Of a DNA stretch of 64,000 bases, positions 38,553 through 49,011 are shown piece by piece. Within the stretch, counting starts at the first letter, position 1; every line of letters starts with the position of its first letter. Location of the stretch: NCBI RefSeq assembly GCF_003334315.1, contig NZ_QOWR01000007.1; one strand, written 5' to 3'. The DNA is from Escherichia coli. Lineage in GTDB: Bacteria > Pseudomonadota > Gammaproteobacteria > Enterobacterales > Enterobacteriaceae. Under the pieces are notes generated by a model. That model was not told where the DNA came from and ran no database searches. It was given only the letters and a program-made list of their open reading frames with translations. Made by a program: the position numbers and the translations under genes.

Positions 38553-39509
38553 ATGTGGAAACGCTTACTTGTAGTCTCTGCAGTCTCGGCAGCCATGTCG
38601 TCTATGGCGTTGGCCGCTCCATTAACCGTAGGATTTTCGCAGGTCGGATCGGAATCTGGCTGGCGCGCCGCAGAAACCAATGTGGCGAAAAGTGAGGCCG
38701 AAAAACGCGGAATTACGCTGAAAATTGCCGATGGTCAGCAAAAGCAGGAAAACCAGATTAAAGCGGTACGTTCCTTCGTCGCGCAAGGGGTGGATGCGAT
38801 CTTTATCGCTCCGGTGGTTGCGACTGGTTGGGAACCGGTATTAAAAGAGGCGAAAGATGCCGAAATCCCGGTCTTCTTGCTCGATCGTTCTATTGATGTG
38901 AAAGACAAATCTCTCTATATGACCACCGTCACTGCCGACAACATTCTCGAAGGCAAGTTGATTGGTGACTGGCTGGTAAAAGAAGTGAATGGCAAACCAT
39001 GCAACGTGGTGGAGCTGCAGGGCACTGTTGGGGCCAGCGTCGCCATTGACCGTAAGAAAGGCTTTGCCGAAGCCATTAAGAATGCGCCAAATATCAAAAT
39101 TATCCGCTCGCAGTCAGGTGACTTCACCCGCAGTAAAGGCAAAGAAGTCATGGAGAGCTTTATCAAAGCGGAAAACAACGGCAAAAACATCTGCATGGTT
39201 TACGCCCATAACGACGACATGGTGATTGGTGCAATTCAGGCAATTAAAGAAGCGGGCCTGAAACCAGGCAAAGATATTCTGACAGGTTCTATCGACGGCG
39301 TACCGGATATCTACAAAGCGATGATTGATGGCGAAGCGAACGCCAGTGTTGAACTGACGCCGAATATGGCAGGTCCCGCCTTCGACGCGCTGGAGAAATA
39401 CAAAAAAGACGGCACCATGCCTGAAAAGCTGACGCTGACCAAATCCACCCTTTATCTGCCTGATACCGCAAAAGAAGAGTTAGAGAAGAAGAAAAATATG
39501 GGGTATTGA
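38553..39509 (+). CDS. ytfQ: Galactofuranose ABC transporter periplasmic binding protein
   Basis: 318-aa ORF with signal peptide; LacI/RbsB-type periplasmic binding fold; first gene of ytfQRT-yjfF. Confidence 0.93.
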   Translation: MWKRLLVVSAVSAAMSSMALAAPLTVGFSQVGSESGWRAAETNVAKSEAEKRGITLKIADGQQKQENQIKAVRSFVAQGVDAIFIAPVVATGWEPVLKEAKDAEIPVFLLDRSIDVKDKSLYMTTVTADNILEGKLIGDWLVKEVNGKPCNVVELQGTVGASVAIDRKKGFAEAIKNAPNIKIIRSQSGDFTRSKGKEVMESFIKAENNGKNICMVYAHNDDMVIGAIQAIKEAGLKPGKDILTGSIDGVPDIYKAMIDGEANASVELTPNMAGPAFDALEKYKKDGTMPEKLTLTKSTLYLPDTAKEELEKKKNMGY

Positions 39510-39518
39510 GGGTTGCTA

Positions 39519-39620
39519 TGCCTGATGCCGATTCGTAGGCCGGATAAGGCGCTCGCGCCGCATCCGGCGGTGGTGCGCTGAAGCCTGATGCGACGCTTAC
39601 CGCGTCTTATCATGCCTACT
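39519..39620. repeat. REP/BIME element cluster
   Basis: GCCTGATGCCGATTCGTAGGCCGGATAAGGCG...CGCATCCGGC units between ytfQ and ytfR. Confidence 0.6.
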
Positions 39621-39648
39621 GGGAGCACGCTTTACACCGGGGGAAACC

Positions 39649-41151
39649 ATGACGACTAACCAACACCAGGAGATCCTCCGCACCGAAGGATTAAGTAAAT
39701 TTTTCCCCGGCGTCAAAGCGTTAGACAACGTTGATTTCAGCCTGCGCCGCGGCGAAATCATGGCGCTGCTCGGTGAAAACGGGGCAGGAAAATCAACGCT
39801 AATCAAAGCATTAACTGGTGTATACCACGCCGATCGCGGCACCATCTGGCTGGAAGGCCAGGCTATCTCACCGAAAAATACCGCCCATGCACAACAACTC
39901 GGTATCGGCACCGTCTATCAGGAAGTAAACCTGCTACCCAATATGTCGGTCGCTGATAATCTATTTATAGGCCGCGAACCCAAACGCTTCGGCCTTCTAC
40001 GCCGCAAAGAGATGGAAAAGCGCGCCACCGAACTGATGGCATCTTACGGTTTCTCCCTCGACGTGCGCGAACCGCTCAACCGCTTTTCAGTCGCGATGCA
40101 GCAAATCGTCGCTATTTGCCGGGCTATCGATCTCTCTGCCAAAGTGCTGATCCTCGATGAACCCACCGCCAGTCTCGACACCCAGGAAGTGGAGTTACTG
40201 TTTGACCTGATGCGTCAGTTGCGCGATCGCGGCGTCAGCCTGATTTTTGTCACTCACTTTCTCGATCAGGTCTATCAGGTCAGCGATCGGATCACCGTCT
40301 TACGCAACGGCAGTTTCGTAGGCTGTCGGGAAACGTGCGAGCTACCGCAGATCGAACTGGTAAAAATGATGCTGGGGCGCGAGCTGGATACCCACGCGCT
40401 ACAGCGTGCCGGGCGAACATTGTTGAGCGACAAACCCGTTGCCGCGTTCAAAAATTACGGCAAAAAAGGAACGATCGCACCGTTTGATCTCGAAGTACGC
40501 CCCGGCGAGATCGTCGGTCTGGCTGGATTGCTGGGATCAGGACGTACCGAAACCGCCGAAGTGATCTTCGGTATCAAACCTGCTGACAGCGGCACGGCGT
40601 TGATCAAAGGCAAACCGCAAAACCTGCGATCGCCACATCAGGCTTCGGTACTGGGCATTGGCTTCTGCCCGGAAGACAGGAAAACCGATGGCATCATCGC
40701 TGCCGCCTCGGTGCGGGAAAATATCATCCTCGCTCTCCAGGCCCAGCGCGGCTGGCTACGTCCCATTTCCCGCAAAGAACAGCAAGAGATTGCCGAACGC
40801 TTTATCCGCCAGCTTGGCATTCGCACACCTTCAACTGAACAACCGATTGAATTTCTCTCTGGCGGCAATCAGCAAAAAGTGTTGCTTTCACGTTGGCTAC
40901 TGACCCGACCGCAATTTCTGATCCTTGATGAGCCAACTCGCGGCATTGATGTTGGTGCCCACGCCGAGATCATCCGCCTGATTGAAACGCTATGCGCCGA
41001 TGGTCTGGCGCTGCTGGTGATCTCCTCCGAACTGGAAGAACTGGTGGGCTATGCCGACCGGGTGATCATCATGCGCGATCGCAAACAGGTGGCGGAGATC
41101 CCGCTGGCAGAGCTTTCCGTTCCGGCGATCATGAACGCCATTGCGGCGTAA
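39649..41151 (+). CDS. ytfR: Sugar ABC transporter ATP-binding protein (duplicated ABC domains)
   Basis: 500-aa ORF; two Walker A motifs (GENGAGKST, GLLGSGRTE) and LSGG signatures. Confidence 0.95.
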   Translation: MTTNQHQEILRTEGLSKFFPGVKALDNVDFSLRRGEIMALLGENGAGKSTLIKALTGVYHADRGTIWLEGQAISPKNTAHAQQLGIGTVYQEVNLLPNMSVADNLFIGREPKRFGLLRRKEMEKRATELMASYGFSLDVREPLNRFSVAMQQIVAICRAIDLSAKVLILDEPTASLDTQEVELLFDLMRQLRDRGVSLIFVTHFLDQVYQVSDRITVLRNGSFVGCRETCELPQIELVKMMLGRELDTHALQRAGRTLLSDKPVAAFKNYGKKGTIAPFDLEVRPGEIVGLAGLLGSGRTETAEVIFGIKPADSGTALIKGKPQNLRSPHQASVLGIGFCPEDRKTDGIIAAASVRENIILALQAQRGWLRPISRKEQQEIAERFIRQLGIRTPSTEQPIEFLSGGNQQKVLLSRWLLTRPQFLILDEPTRGIDVGAHAEIIRLIETLCADGLALLVISSELEELVGYADRVIIMRDRKQVAEIPLAELSVPAIMNAIAA

Positions 41152-41161
41152 GGAGAACAGT

Positions 41162-42187
41162 GTGATGCCTCAATCTCTCCCGGACACTACGCCGCCGAAA
41201 AGGCGCTTTCGCTGGCCAACGGGAATGCCACAGCTGGCGGCACTGTTGCTGGTGCTGCTGGTCGATAGCCTGGTGGCCCCGCATTTCTGGCAGGTGGTGC
41301 TCCAGGATGGGCGTTTATTCGGTAGCCCCATAGACATTCTTAACCGTGCGGCCCCCGTTGCGCTGTTGGCTATCGGAATGACGCTGGTGATCGCAACAGG
41401 TGGGATTGATCTCTCCGTGGGGGCGGTGATGGCTATCGCCGGAGCCACAACGGCTGCGATGACGGTCGCGGGATTCAGCCTGCCGATTGTTTTGTTAAGC
41501 GCCCTGGGCACTGGCATCCTGGCGGGATTGTGGAACGGCATACTGGTAGCGATCCTCAAAATTCAGCCGTTTGTTGCCACCCTGATCCTGATGGTCGCCG
41601 GGCGCGGCGTGGCGCAACTGATCACCTCCGGACAGATCGTCACGTTTAACTCGCCGGATCTCTCATGGTTTGGCAGTGGATCGCTGTTGTTCCTGCCAAC
41701 GCCGGTCATTATCGCGGTGCTGACGCTTATCCTGTTCTGGCTGTTGACCCGCAAAACGGCGCTGGGGATGTTTATCGAAGCCGTTGGTATCAACATTCGG
41801 GCGGCAAAAAATGCCGGGGTAAACACGCGGATCATCGTCATGCTTACCTACGTGTTGAGCGGGCTGTGTGCGGCGATTGCGGGCATTATCGTGGCGGCGG
41901 ATATTCGCGGTGCCGATGCCAATAACGCCGGGTTATGGCTGGAGCTGGACGCCATTCTCGCGGTGGTTATTGGCGGCGGATCGCTGATGGGCGGACGTTT
42001 TAACCTACTGCTTTCGGTGGTGGGGGCGCTGATTATTCAGGGGATGAACACCGGAATTTTGCTTTCGGGCTTTCCGCCAGAGATGAACCAGGTTGTAAAA
42101 GCGGTGGTGGTTCTTTGCGTGCTGATTGTCCAGTCGCAACGCTTTATCAGTCTGATTAAAGGAGTACGTAGCCGTGATAAAACGTAA
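41162..42187 (+). CDS. ytfT: Sugar ABC transporter permease
   Basis: Track ORF 41141-42187; GTG 41162 (MMPQSLPDTTPP, 341 aa) lies 6 nt after an AAGGAG RBS. Confidence 0.88.
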   Translation: MMPQSLPDTTPPKRRFRWPTGMPQLAALLLVLLVDSLVAPHFWQVVLQDGRLFGSPIDILNRAAPVALLAIGMTLVIATGGIDLSVGAVMAIAGATTAAMTVAGFSLPIVLLSALGTGILAGLWNGILVAILKIQPFVATLILMVAGRGVAQLITSGQIVTFNSPDLSWFGSGSLLFLPTPVIIAVLTLILFWLLTRKTALGMFIEAVGINIRAAKNAGVNTRIIVMLTYVLSGLCAAIAGIIVAADIRGADANNAGLWLELDAILAVVIGGGSLMGGRFNLLLSVVGALIIQGMNTGILLSGFPPEMNQVVKAVVVLCVLIVQSQRFISLIKGVRSRDKT

Positions 42188-43169
42188 TTTGCCACTGATG
42201 ATCACCATCGGCGTCTTTGTGTTGGGTTATCTTTACTGCCTGACCCAGTTTCCCGGTTTTGCTTCCACAAGAGTGATCTGCAATATCCTGACCGATAACG
42301 CCTTTCTTGGGATCATTGCCGTTGGCATGACCTTTGTGATCCTCTCCGGTGGGATCGATCTCTCCGTCGGTTCGGTGATCGCCTTTACTGGCGTGTTTCT
42401 GGCAAAAGTGATTGGCGATTTCGGCCTCTCGCCGCTACTGGCGTTTCCGCTAGTGCTGGTGATGGGCTGTGCCTTCGGCGCATTTATGGGGCTTTTGATC
42501 GACGCCCTGAAGATCCCGGCATTTATCATTACCCTGGCGGGGATGTTCTTTTTGCGCGGTGTCAGCTATCTCGTTTCGGAAGAGTCGATTCCGATAAACC
42601 ATCCCATTTATGACACGCTCTCAAGCCTTGCGTGGAAAATCCCTGGCGGCGGTCGCTTAAGTGCGATGGGACTGCTGATGCTGGCGGTGGTGGTTATCGG
42701 CATATTCCTCGCGCATCGTACCCGTTTTGGTAATCAGGTATACGCCATTGGCGGCAACGCAACGTCGGCAAACCTGATGGGGATTTCTACCCGCAGCACC
42801 ACTATTCGCATTTATATGCTCTCCACCGGACTGGCAACGCTGGCGGGGATTGTCTTCTCGATTTATACCCAGGCCGGATATGCGCTGGCGGGCGTAGGTG
42901 TGGAACTGGATGCTATCGCCTCAGTGGTAATTGGCGGTACGCTTTTGAGCGGTGGCGTTGGAACGGTATTAGGGACGCTTTTTGGCGTGGCGATTCAGGG
43001 GCTAATTCAGACTTATATCAACTTTGACGGTACGCTGAGTTCCTGGTGGACGAAAATCGCCATCGGCATTTTGCTGTTCATTTTTATTGCCTTACAGCGT
43101 GGATTAACGGTGCTGTGGGAGAATCGTCAGAGTTCGCCAGTGACAAGAGTCAATATTGCGCAGCGATAA
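42174..43169 (+). CDS. yjfF: Sugar ABC transporter permease
   Basis: 331-aa polytopic ORF; overlaps ytfT 3' end; same permease family. Confidence 0.9.
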   Translation: MIKRNLPLMITIGVFVLGYLYCLTQFPGFASTRVICNILTDNAFLGIIAVGMTFVILSGGIDLSVGSVIAFTGVFLAKVIGDFGLSPLLAFPLVLVMGCAFGAFMGLLIDALKIPAFIITLAGMFFLRGVSYLVSEESIPINHPIYDTLSSLAWKIPGGGRLSAMGLLMLAVVVIGIFLAHRTRFGNQVYAIGGNATSANLMGISTRSTTIRIYMLSTGLATLAGIVFSIYTQAGYALAGVGVELDAIASVVIGGTLLSGGVGTVLGTLFGVAIQGLIQTYINFDGTLSSWWTKIAIGILLFIFIALQRGLTVLWENRQSSPVTRVNIAQR

Positions 43170-43201
43170 AAACGCCTCTCCGTGTGGAGAGGCGCAGGAG
43201 A

Positions 43202-44200
43202 TTACGCGTCCGGGAATTCACGGATAAAGCGTTCGACATCTTCAACCATATGGTCGTTGCCGACAAAGAACGAACGGCGCTGGTGCAGAGTTTCCGGGAT
43301 GATATCCAGAATACGCTCTTTGCCATCGCTCGCTTTACCGCCCGCTTGTTCCGCCAGGAATGCCATCGGGTTGCACTCATACAGCAAACGCAGTTTGCCG
43401 TCCGGGTGGCTGGCGGTGCTTGGGTAGAGATAAATACCGCCTTTCAGCAGGTTACGGTGGAAATCCGCGACCAGTGAACCGATATAACGTGAGGTATACG
43501 GGCGGTTGGTGGATTTATCTTCTTCCTGGCAGAATTTAATGTACTTCTTCACCCCGTTCGGAAACTTAATGTAGTTTCCTTCGTTGATGGAGTAGGTTTT
43601 GCCTTTCTCCGGGAAGCGCATCCGTTCCTGGCACAGGCAGAAAACGCCCAGCGAAGGATCGTAAGTAAAGGCGTGAACACCGCATCCGGTGGTGTAAACC
43701 AGCATGGTAGAGGAGCCGTATACCACGTAACCTGCCGCAACCTGTTTGTTACCAGGCTGGAGGAAATCTTCTTCCGTTACCGGCGTGCCAACAGGCGTAA
43801 CGCGGCGGTAGATGGAGAAAATGGTACCGACAGAGACGTTAACATCGATGTTGGACGAGCCATCCAGGGGGTCCATCAGCACCACGTATTTTGCGTGTTC
43901 ACAGCCTTCAAAGACGACAATCTCATCTTCTTCTTCAGAGGCAATGCCCGCAACGATATCGCGTGCTTTCAGTGCGGCTTTCAGTTTTTCATTAGCGAAC
44001 AAGTCGAGTTTCTGCTGAACCTCGCCCTGCACGTTCTCAGCACCGCTGGCACCCAGGATATCAACCAGTCCTGCTTTGTTGATATCGCGATGGATAATCT
44101 TGGCGCCCAGTTTTATTGCCGACAGCAAAGCAGTGAGCTCACCGGTAGCATGAGAAAACTCGTGCTGCTTTTCGACAATAAATTCACCTAACGTTTTCAT
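43202..44200 (-). CDS. fbp: Fructose-1,6-bisphosphatase class I
   Basis: Track ORF 43202-44383 trimmed to [29 protein letters not shown] start (332 aa). Confidence 0.95.
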
Positions 44201-44375
44201 AAAACTTTCCCTGCAATGTTTATGGAGTAAAGCGACCGCAACAATCTTAACAAATAATCTCAATGTTGCGCTCAGGTGAATCGCGCCAGCAAATTGCGGA
44301 TTATCCTGAAATGCGTTTCTCACTTGCCCGACATATGCGTAAAATGAGCGGCAGATTAAAAAAGGATAGTGACGT

Positions 44376-45749
44376 ATGCGCATTCATATTTTAGGAATTT
44401 GTGGCACATTTATGGGCGGTCTGGCGATGCTGGCGCGCCAGTTAGGCCATGAAGTAACGGGTTCGGACGCCAATGTGTATCCGCCGATGAGCACCTTACT
44501 TGAGAAGCAAGGCATTGAGCTGATTCAGGGTTACGATGCCAGCCAGCTCGATCCGCAGCCGGATCTGGTGATTATTGGCAACGCCATGACCCGTGGAAAT
44601 CCGTGTGTGGAAGCGGTACTGGAAAAAAACATCCCTTATATGTCAGGTCCACAGTGGCTGCACGATTTTGTGCTGCGCGACCGCTGGGTGCTGGCCGTTG
44701 CCGGTACACACGGCAAAACTACCACCGCGGGAATGGCGACCTGGATTCTGGAACAGTGCGGTTACAAACCGGGATTTGTGATCGGCGGTGTGCCGGGGAA
44801 CTTTGAGGTTTCGGCGCGTCTGGGCGAAAGCGACTTCTTTGTTATCGAAGCGGATGAGTATGACTGCGCCTTCTTCGACAAACGCTCTAAATTTGTCCAT
44901 TACTGCCCGCGTACGCTGATCCTCAACAACCTTGAGTTCGATCACGCCGATATCTTTGACGACCTGAAGGCGATCCAGAAACAGTTCCACCATCTGGTGC
45001 GTATCGTTCCGGGGCAGGGCCGTATTATCTGGCCGGAAAATGACATCAACCTGAAACAGACCATGGCGATGGGCTGCTGGAGCGAGCAGGAGCTGGTGGG
45101 TGAGCAGGGTCACTGGCAGGCGAAAAAGCTGACCACCGATGCTTCCGAATGGGAAGTTTTGCTGGATGGCGAAAAAGTGGGCGAAGTGAAATGGTCGCTG
45201 GTAGGCGAACATAATATGCACAATGGCCTGATGGCGATTGCAGCGGCTCGCCATGTTGGTGTAGCGCCGGCAGATGCCGCTAACGCGCTGGGTTCGTTTA
45301 TTAATGCTCGTCGCCGTCTGGAGTTGCGTGGTGAAGCGAATGGTGTGACGGTATATGACGATTTTGCCCATCACCCGACGGCGATTCTGGCAACGCTTGC
45401 GGCGCTGCGTGGCAAAGTTGGTGGTACGGCGCGCATTATTGCTGTGCTGGAACCGCGCTCGAATACCATGAAAATGGGGATCTGCAAAGACGATCTGGCA
45501 CCTTCATTAGGTCGTGCCGATGAAGTCTTCCTGCTGCAACCGGCGCATATTCCGTGGCAGGTGGCAGAAGTGGCAGAAGCCTGCGTTCAGCCTGCACACT
45601 GGAGTGGCGATGTGGATACGCTGGCAGATATGGTGGTGAAAACCGCTCAGCCTGGCGACCATATTCTGGTGATGAGCAACGGCGGTTTTGGTGGGATCCA
45701 TCAGAAACTGCTGGATGGTCTGGCGAAGAAGGCGGAAGCTGCGCAGTAA
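44376..45749 (+). CDS. mpl: UDP-N-acetylmuramate:L-alanyl-gamma-D-glutamyl-meso-DAP ligase
   Basis: 457-aa [34 protein letters not shown] (Mur ligase family). Confidence 0.95.
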
Positions 45750-45751
45750 TT

Positions 45752-45872
45752 CGGCCTCAGCCTGATATAGTGTGCGTAGGCCGGATAAGGCATTCACGCC
45801 GCATCCGGCATTTGAGCATAGTGCCTGATGCGACGCTTGATGCGTCTTATCAGGCCTACAGGTGCACCGCAT
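45752..45872. repeat. REP/BIME element cluster
   Basis: Multiple GCCGGATAAGGC / GCCTGATGCGACGC palindromic units between mpl and yjgA. Confidence 0.6.
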
Positions 45873-45904
45873 CCGGCAAACCATACTCACATCAACAACG
45901 AAAA

Positions 45905-46456
45905 TTACCCTTCATTCTCCGCCAGTTCGCGCAGATACTGGAAAATCTGGCGTGCGGATTTCGGCGGCTTATTCCCTTCTTTCTCTTTCTTCGCGTTGCG
46001 GATCAGTGTACGCAGTTGCTGACGATCGGCATCGGGCCACAGATTCAATACTTCAGCGATGGCGTCATCACCTTGATCGATCAGACGATCGCGCAGGTTT
46101 TCCAGTTTATGGAACAGCACCACCTGCTGGTTGTGACGGTTTTTCAGCTTATCCAGCGCCTGACGAATAGGCTCTACGTCGCGCTGGCGCAGCATCTTAC
46201 CGATGAGCTGCAACTGGCGGCGGCGACCTTCCATCTTAATACGCTGGGCGAGCTCAATAGCCGCGCGCAGATCCGCATCTAACGGGATCTTATCCAGCGC
46301 GTTTTTCCCCAGATCAACAATTTCCGCGCCAAGGCGTTTTAGCTCCTCGGCATCACGTTTAATTTCACTTTTACTGACCCAGATAATTTCATCGTCTTCG
46401 TCTTCGATGTCATCACCGGGAACGTCGTCGAGCCAGTCTTCGGGCTGCTTAGTCAT
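45905..46456 (-). CDS. yjgA: Ribosome-associated protein YjgA (DUF615)
   Basis: 183-aa ORF with acidic N-terminus [40 protein letters not shown]. Confidence 0.9.
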
Positions 46457-46550
46457 CTCAGGCTCCTTAAAAAAAAGAGGCTAATGTTACCAGTTAAGAT
46501 GCGCACTGAAAAACGGTTCTCTGTTAGACTTCAGAGAAACTCTCTACATT

Positions 46551-47903
46551 ATGGCACTTGCAATGAAAGTAATCTCTCAAGTTGAAGCGCAGCGCAAGAT
46601 TCTGGAAGAAGCAGTTTCCACTGCGCTGGAGTTGGCCTCAGGCAAATCGGACGGTGCGGAAGTTGCCGTCAGCAAGACCACCGGCATTAGCGTAAGCACG
46701 CGTTATGGTGAAGTGGAGAATGTTGAATTCAATAGCGATGGCGCGCTGGGGATCACTGTTTATCACCAGAACCGCAAAGGTAGCGCATCATCCACCGATT
46801 TAAGCCCGCAGGCCATTGCCCGTACTGTACAGGCGGCGCTGGATATTGCCCGTTATACCTCGCCAGATCCCTGTGCCGGCCTGGCAGACAAAGAACTGCT
46901 GGCCTTTGACGCACCAGATCTCGACTTGTTCCACCCTGCTGAAGTTTCCCCGGATGATGCCATTGAACTGGCGGCCCGCGCAGAACAGGCGGCATTGCAG
47001 GCGGACAAACGCATTACCAATACCGAAGGCGGCAGTTTTAACAGCCACTACGGTGTCAAAGTTTTTGGCAACAGCCACGGCATGTTGCAGGGTTACTGCT
47101 CTACGCGTCATTCACTCTCCAGCTGTGTAATTGCCGAAGAAAATGGCGATATGGAGCGTGATTACGCCTACACCATTGGTCGTGCGATGAGCGATCTGCA
47201 AACGCCAGAGTGGGTTGGGGCCGACTGTGCTCGCCGTACTTTATCGCGCCTGTCACCGCGTAAACTCTCCACCATGAAAGCGCCAGTCATTTTTGCCAAT
47301 GAAGTGGCAACCGGGCTTTTTGGCCATCTGGTGGGGGCGATAGCGGGTGGCTCGGTTTACCGTAAATCTACCTTTCTGCTGGATTCGCTGGGTAAACAAA
47401 TTCTGCCGGACTGGCTGACCATTGAAGAGCATCCGCATCTGCTGAAAGGGCTGGCGTCGACGCCATTCGACAGCGAAGGTGTGCGCACCGAGCGTCGCGA
47501 TATTATTAAAGATGGCATCCTGACTCAGTGGCTGCTGACCAGCTACTCGGCGCGGAAACTGGGGCTGAAAAGCACCGGACATGCGGGCGGTATTCACAAC
47601 TGGCGGATTGCCGGACAAGGGCTAAGCTTCGAACAAATGCTCAAAGAGATGGGCACCGGGCTGGTGGTGACGGAGCTGATGGGCCAGGGCGTGAGTGCCA
47701 TTACCGGTGATTATTCCCGTGGTGCAGCGGGCTTCTGGGTAGAGAATGGCGAAATTCAGTATCCCGTTAGTGAAATCACCATCGCAGGTAATTTAAAAGA
47801 TATGTGGCGCAATATTGTCACCGTCGGTAACGATATTGAAACACGCAGTAATATACAGTGTGGTTCTGTGCTGTTGCCGGAGATGAAAATCGCCGGGCAG
47901 TAA
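46551..47903 (+). CDS. pmbA: Metalloprotease PmbA (TldE)
   Basis: 450-aa [45 protein letters not shown]... Confidence 0.95.
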   Translation: MALAMKVISQVEAQRKILEEAVSTALELASGKSDGAEVAVSKTTGISVSTRYGEVENVEFNSDGALGITVYHQNRKGSASSTDLSPQAIARTVQAALDIARYTSPDPCAGLADKELLAFDAPDLDLFHPAEVSPDDAIELAARAEQAALQADKRITNTEGGSFNSHYGVKVFGNSHGMLQGYCSTRHSLSSCVIAEENGDMERDYAYTIGRAMSDLQTPEWVGADCARRTLSRLSPRKLSTMKAPVIFANEVATGLFGHLVGAIAGGSVYRKSTFLLDSLGKQILPDWLTIEEHPHLLKGLASTPFDSEGVRTERRDIIKDGILTQWLLTSYSARKLGLKSTGHAGGIHNWRIAGQGLSFEQMLKEMGTGLVVTELMGQGVSAITGDYSRGAAGFWVENGEIQYPVSEITIAGNLKDMWRNIVTVGNDIETRSNIQCGSVLLPEMKIAGQ

Positions 47904-47954
47904 AAAACTGGCGCGACCTGCCGCGCCAAATCTTCATAATAAAAAAGGAAGTGA

Positions 47955-48344
<390 letters not shown>

Positions 48345-48388
48345 TTCCTCATTTCCCTGTTGCCTGCACTCAGGTAACAGGGAACTTA

Positions 48389-48853
48389 TCATCGCAAATG
48401 ATGCACCACCTGATTGCTGCTGCCGCGCCAGATCAGGGAAGGGTCTTTTAAATCCTGCACAAATTTGCCGTCGACCAGCACGTTAATCAAATCAACAACC
48501 TGCATTTGCGCAGCGTTGAGTTCGTCGAGTTTATAGCCTGTCCACACCCAGATGTCTTTACCCGGACACTCGGCGCGGATGCGTTGTACCAGTTTCAGAA
48601 TATCCGGCACGTTTTGCGGATGCAGCGGATCGCCGCCGGAGAGGGAAATACCCTGGCGTTTGATGCGAGTGTCATTCAGATCGTTAATGATCTGGTCTTC
48701 CATTGCTTTAGTAAATGTCTGACCGGAATTTACCCGCCATGTGCTTTTGTTATAGCAACCGGGGCATTCATGAACACACCCGGAGACAAACAGGGTGCAG
48801 CGAGTGCCGGGGCCGTTGACGATGTCGACAGGATAGTACTGATGATAATTCAT
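48389..48853 (-). CDS. nrdG: Anaerobic ribonucleotide reductase activating protein (radical SAM)
   Basis: 154-aa ORF; radical-SAM CxxxCxxC (GCVHECPGCYN). Confidence 0.95.
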   Translation of the reverse strand: MNYHQYYPVDIVNGPGTRCTLFVSGCVHECPGCYNKSTWRVNSGQTFTKAMEDQIINDLNDTRIKRQGISLSGGDPLHPQNVPDILKLVQRIRAECPGKDIWVWTGYKLDELNAAQMQVVDLINVLVDGKFVQDLKDPSLIWRGSSNQVVHHLR

Positions 48854-48859
48854 TGTTTC

Positions 48860-48995
<136 letters not shown>

Positions 48996-49011
48996 TAACG
49001 TAGAGTGAAGA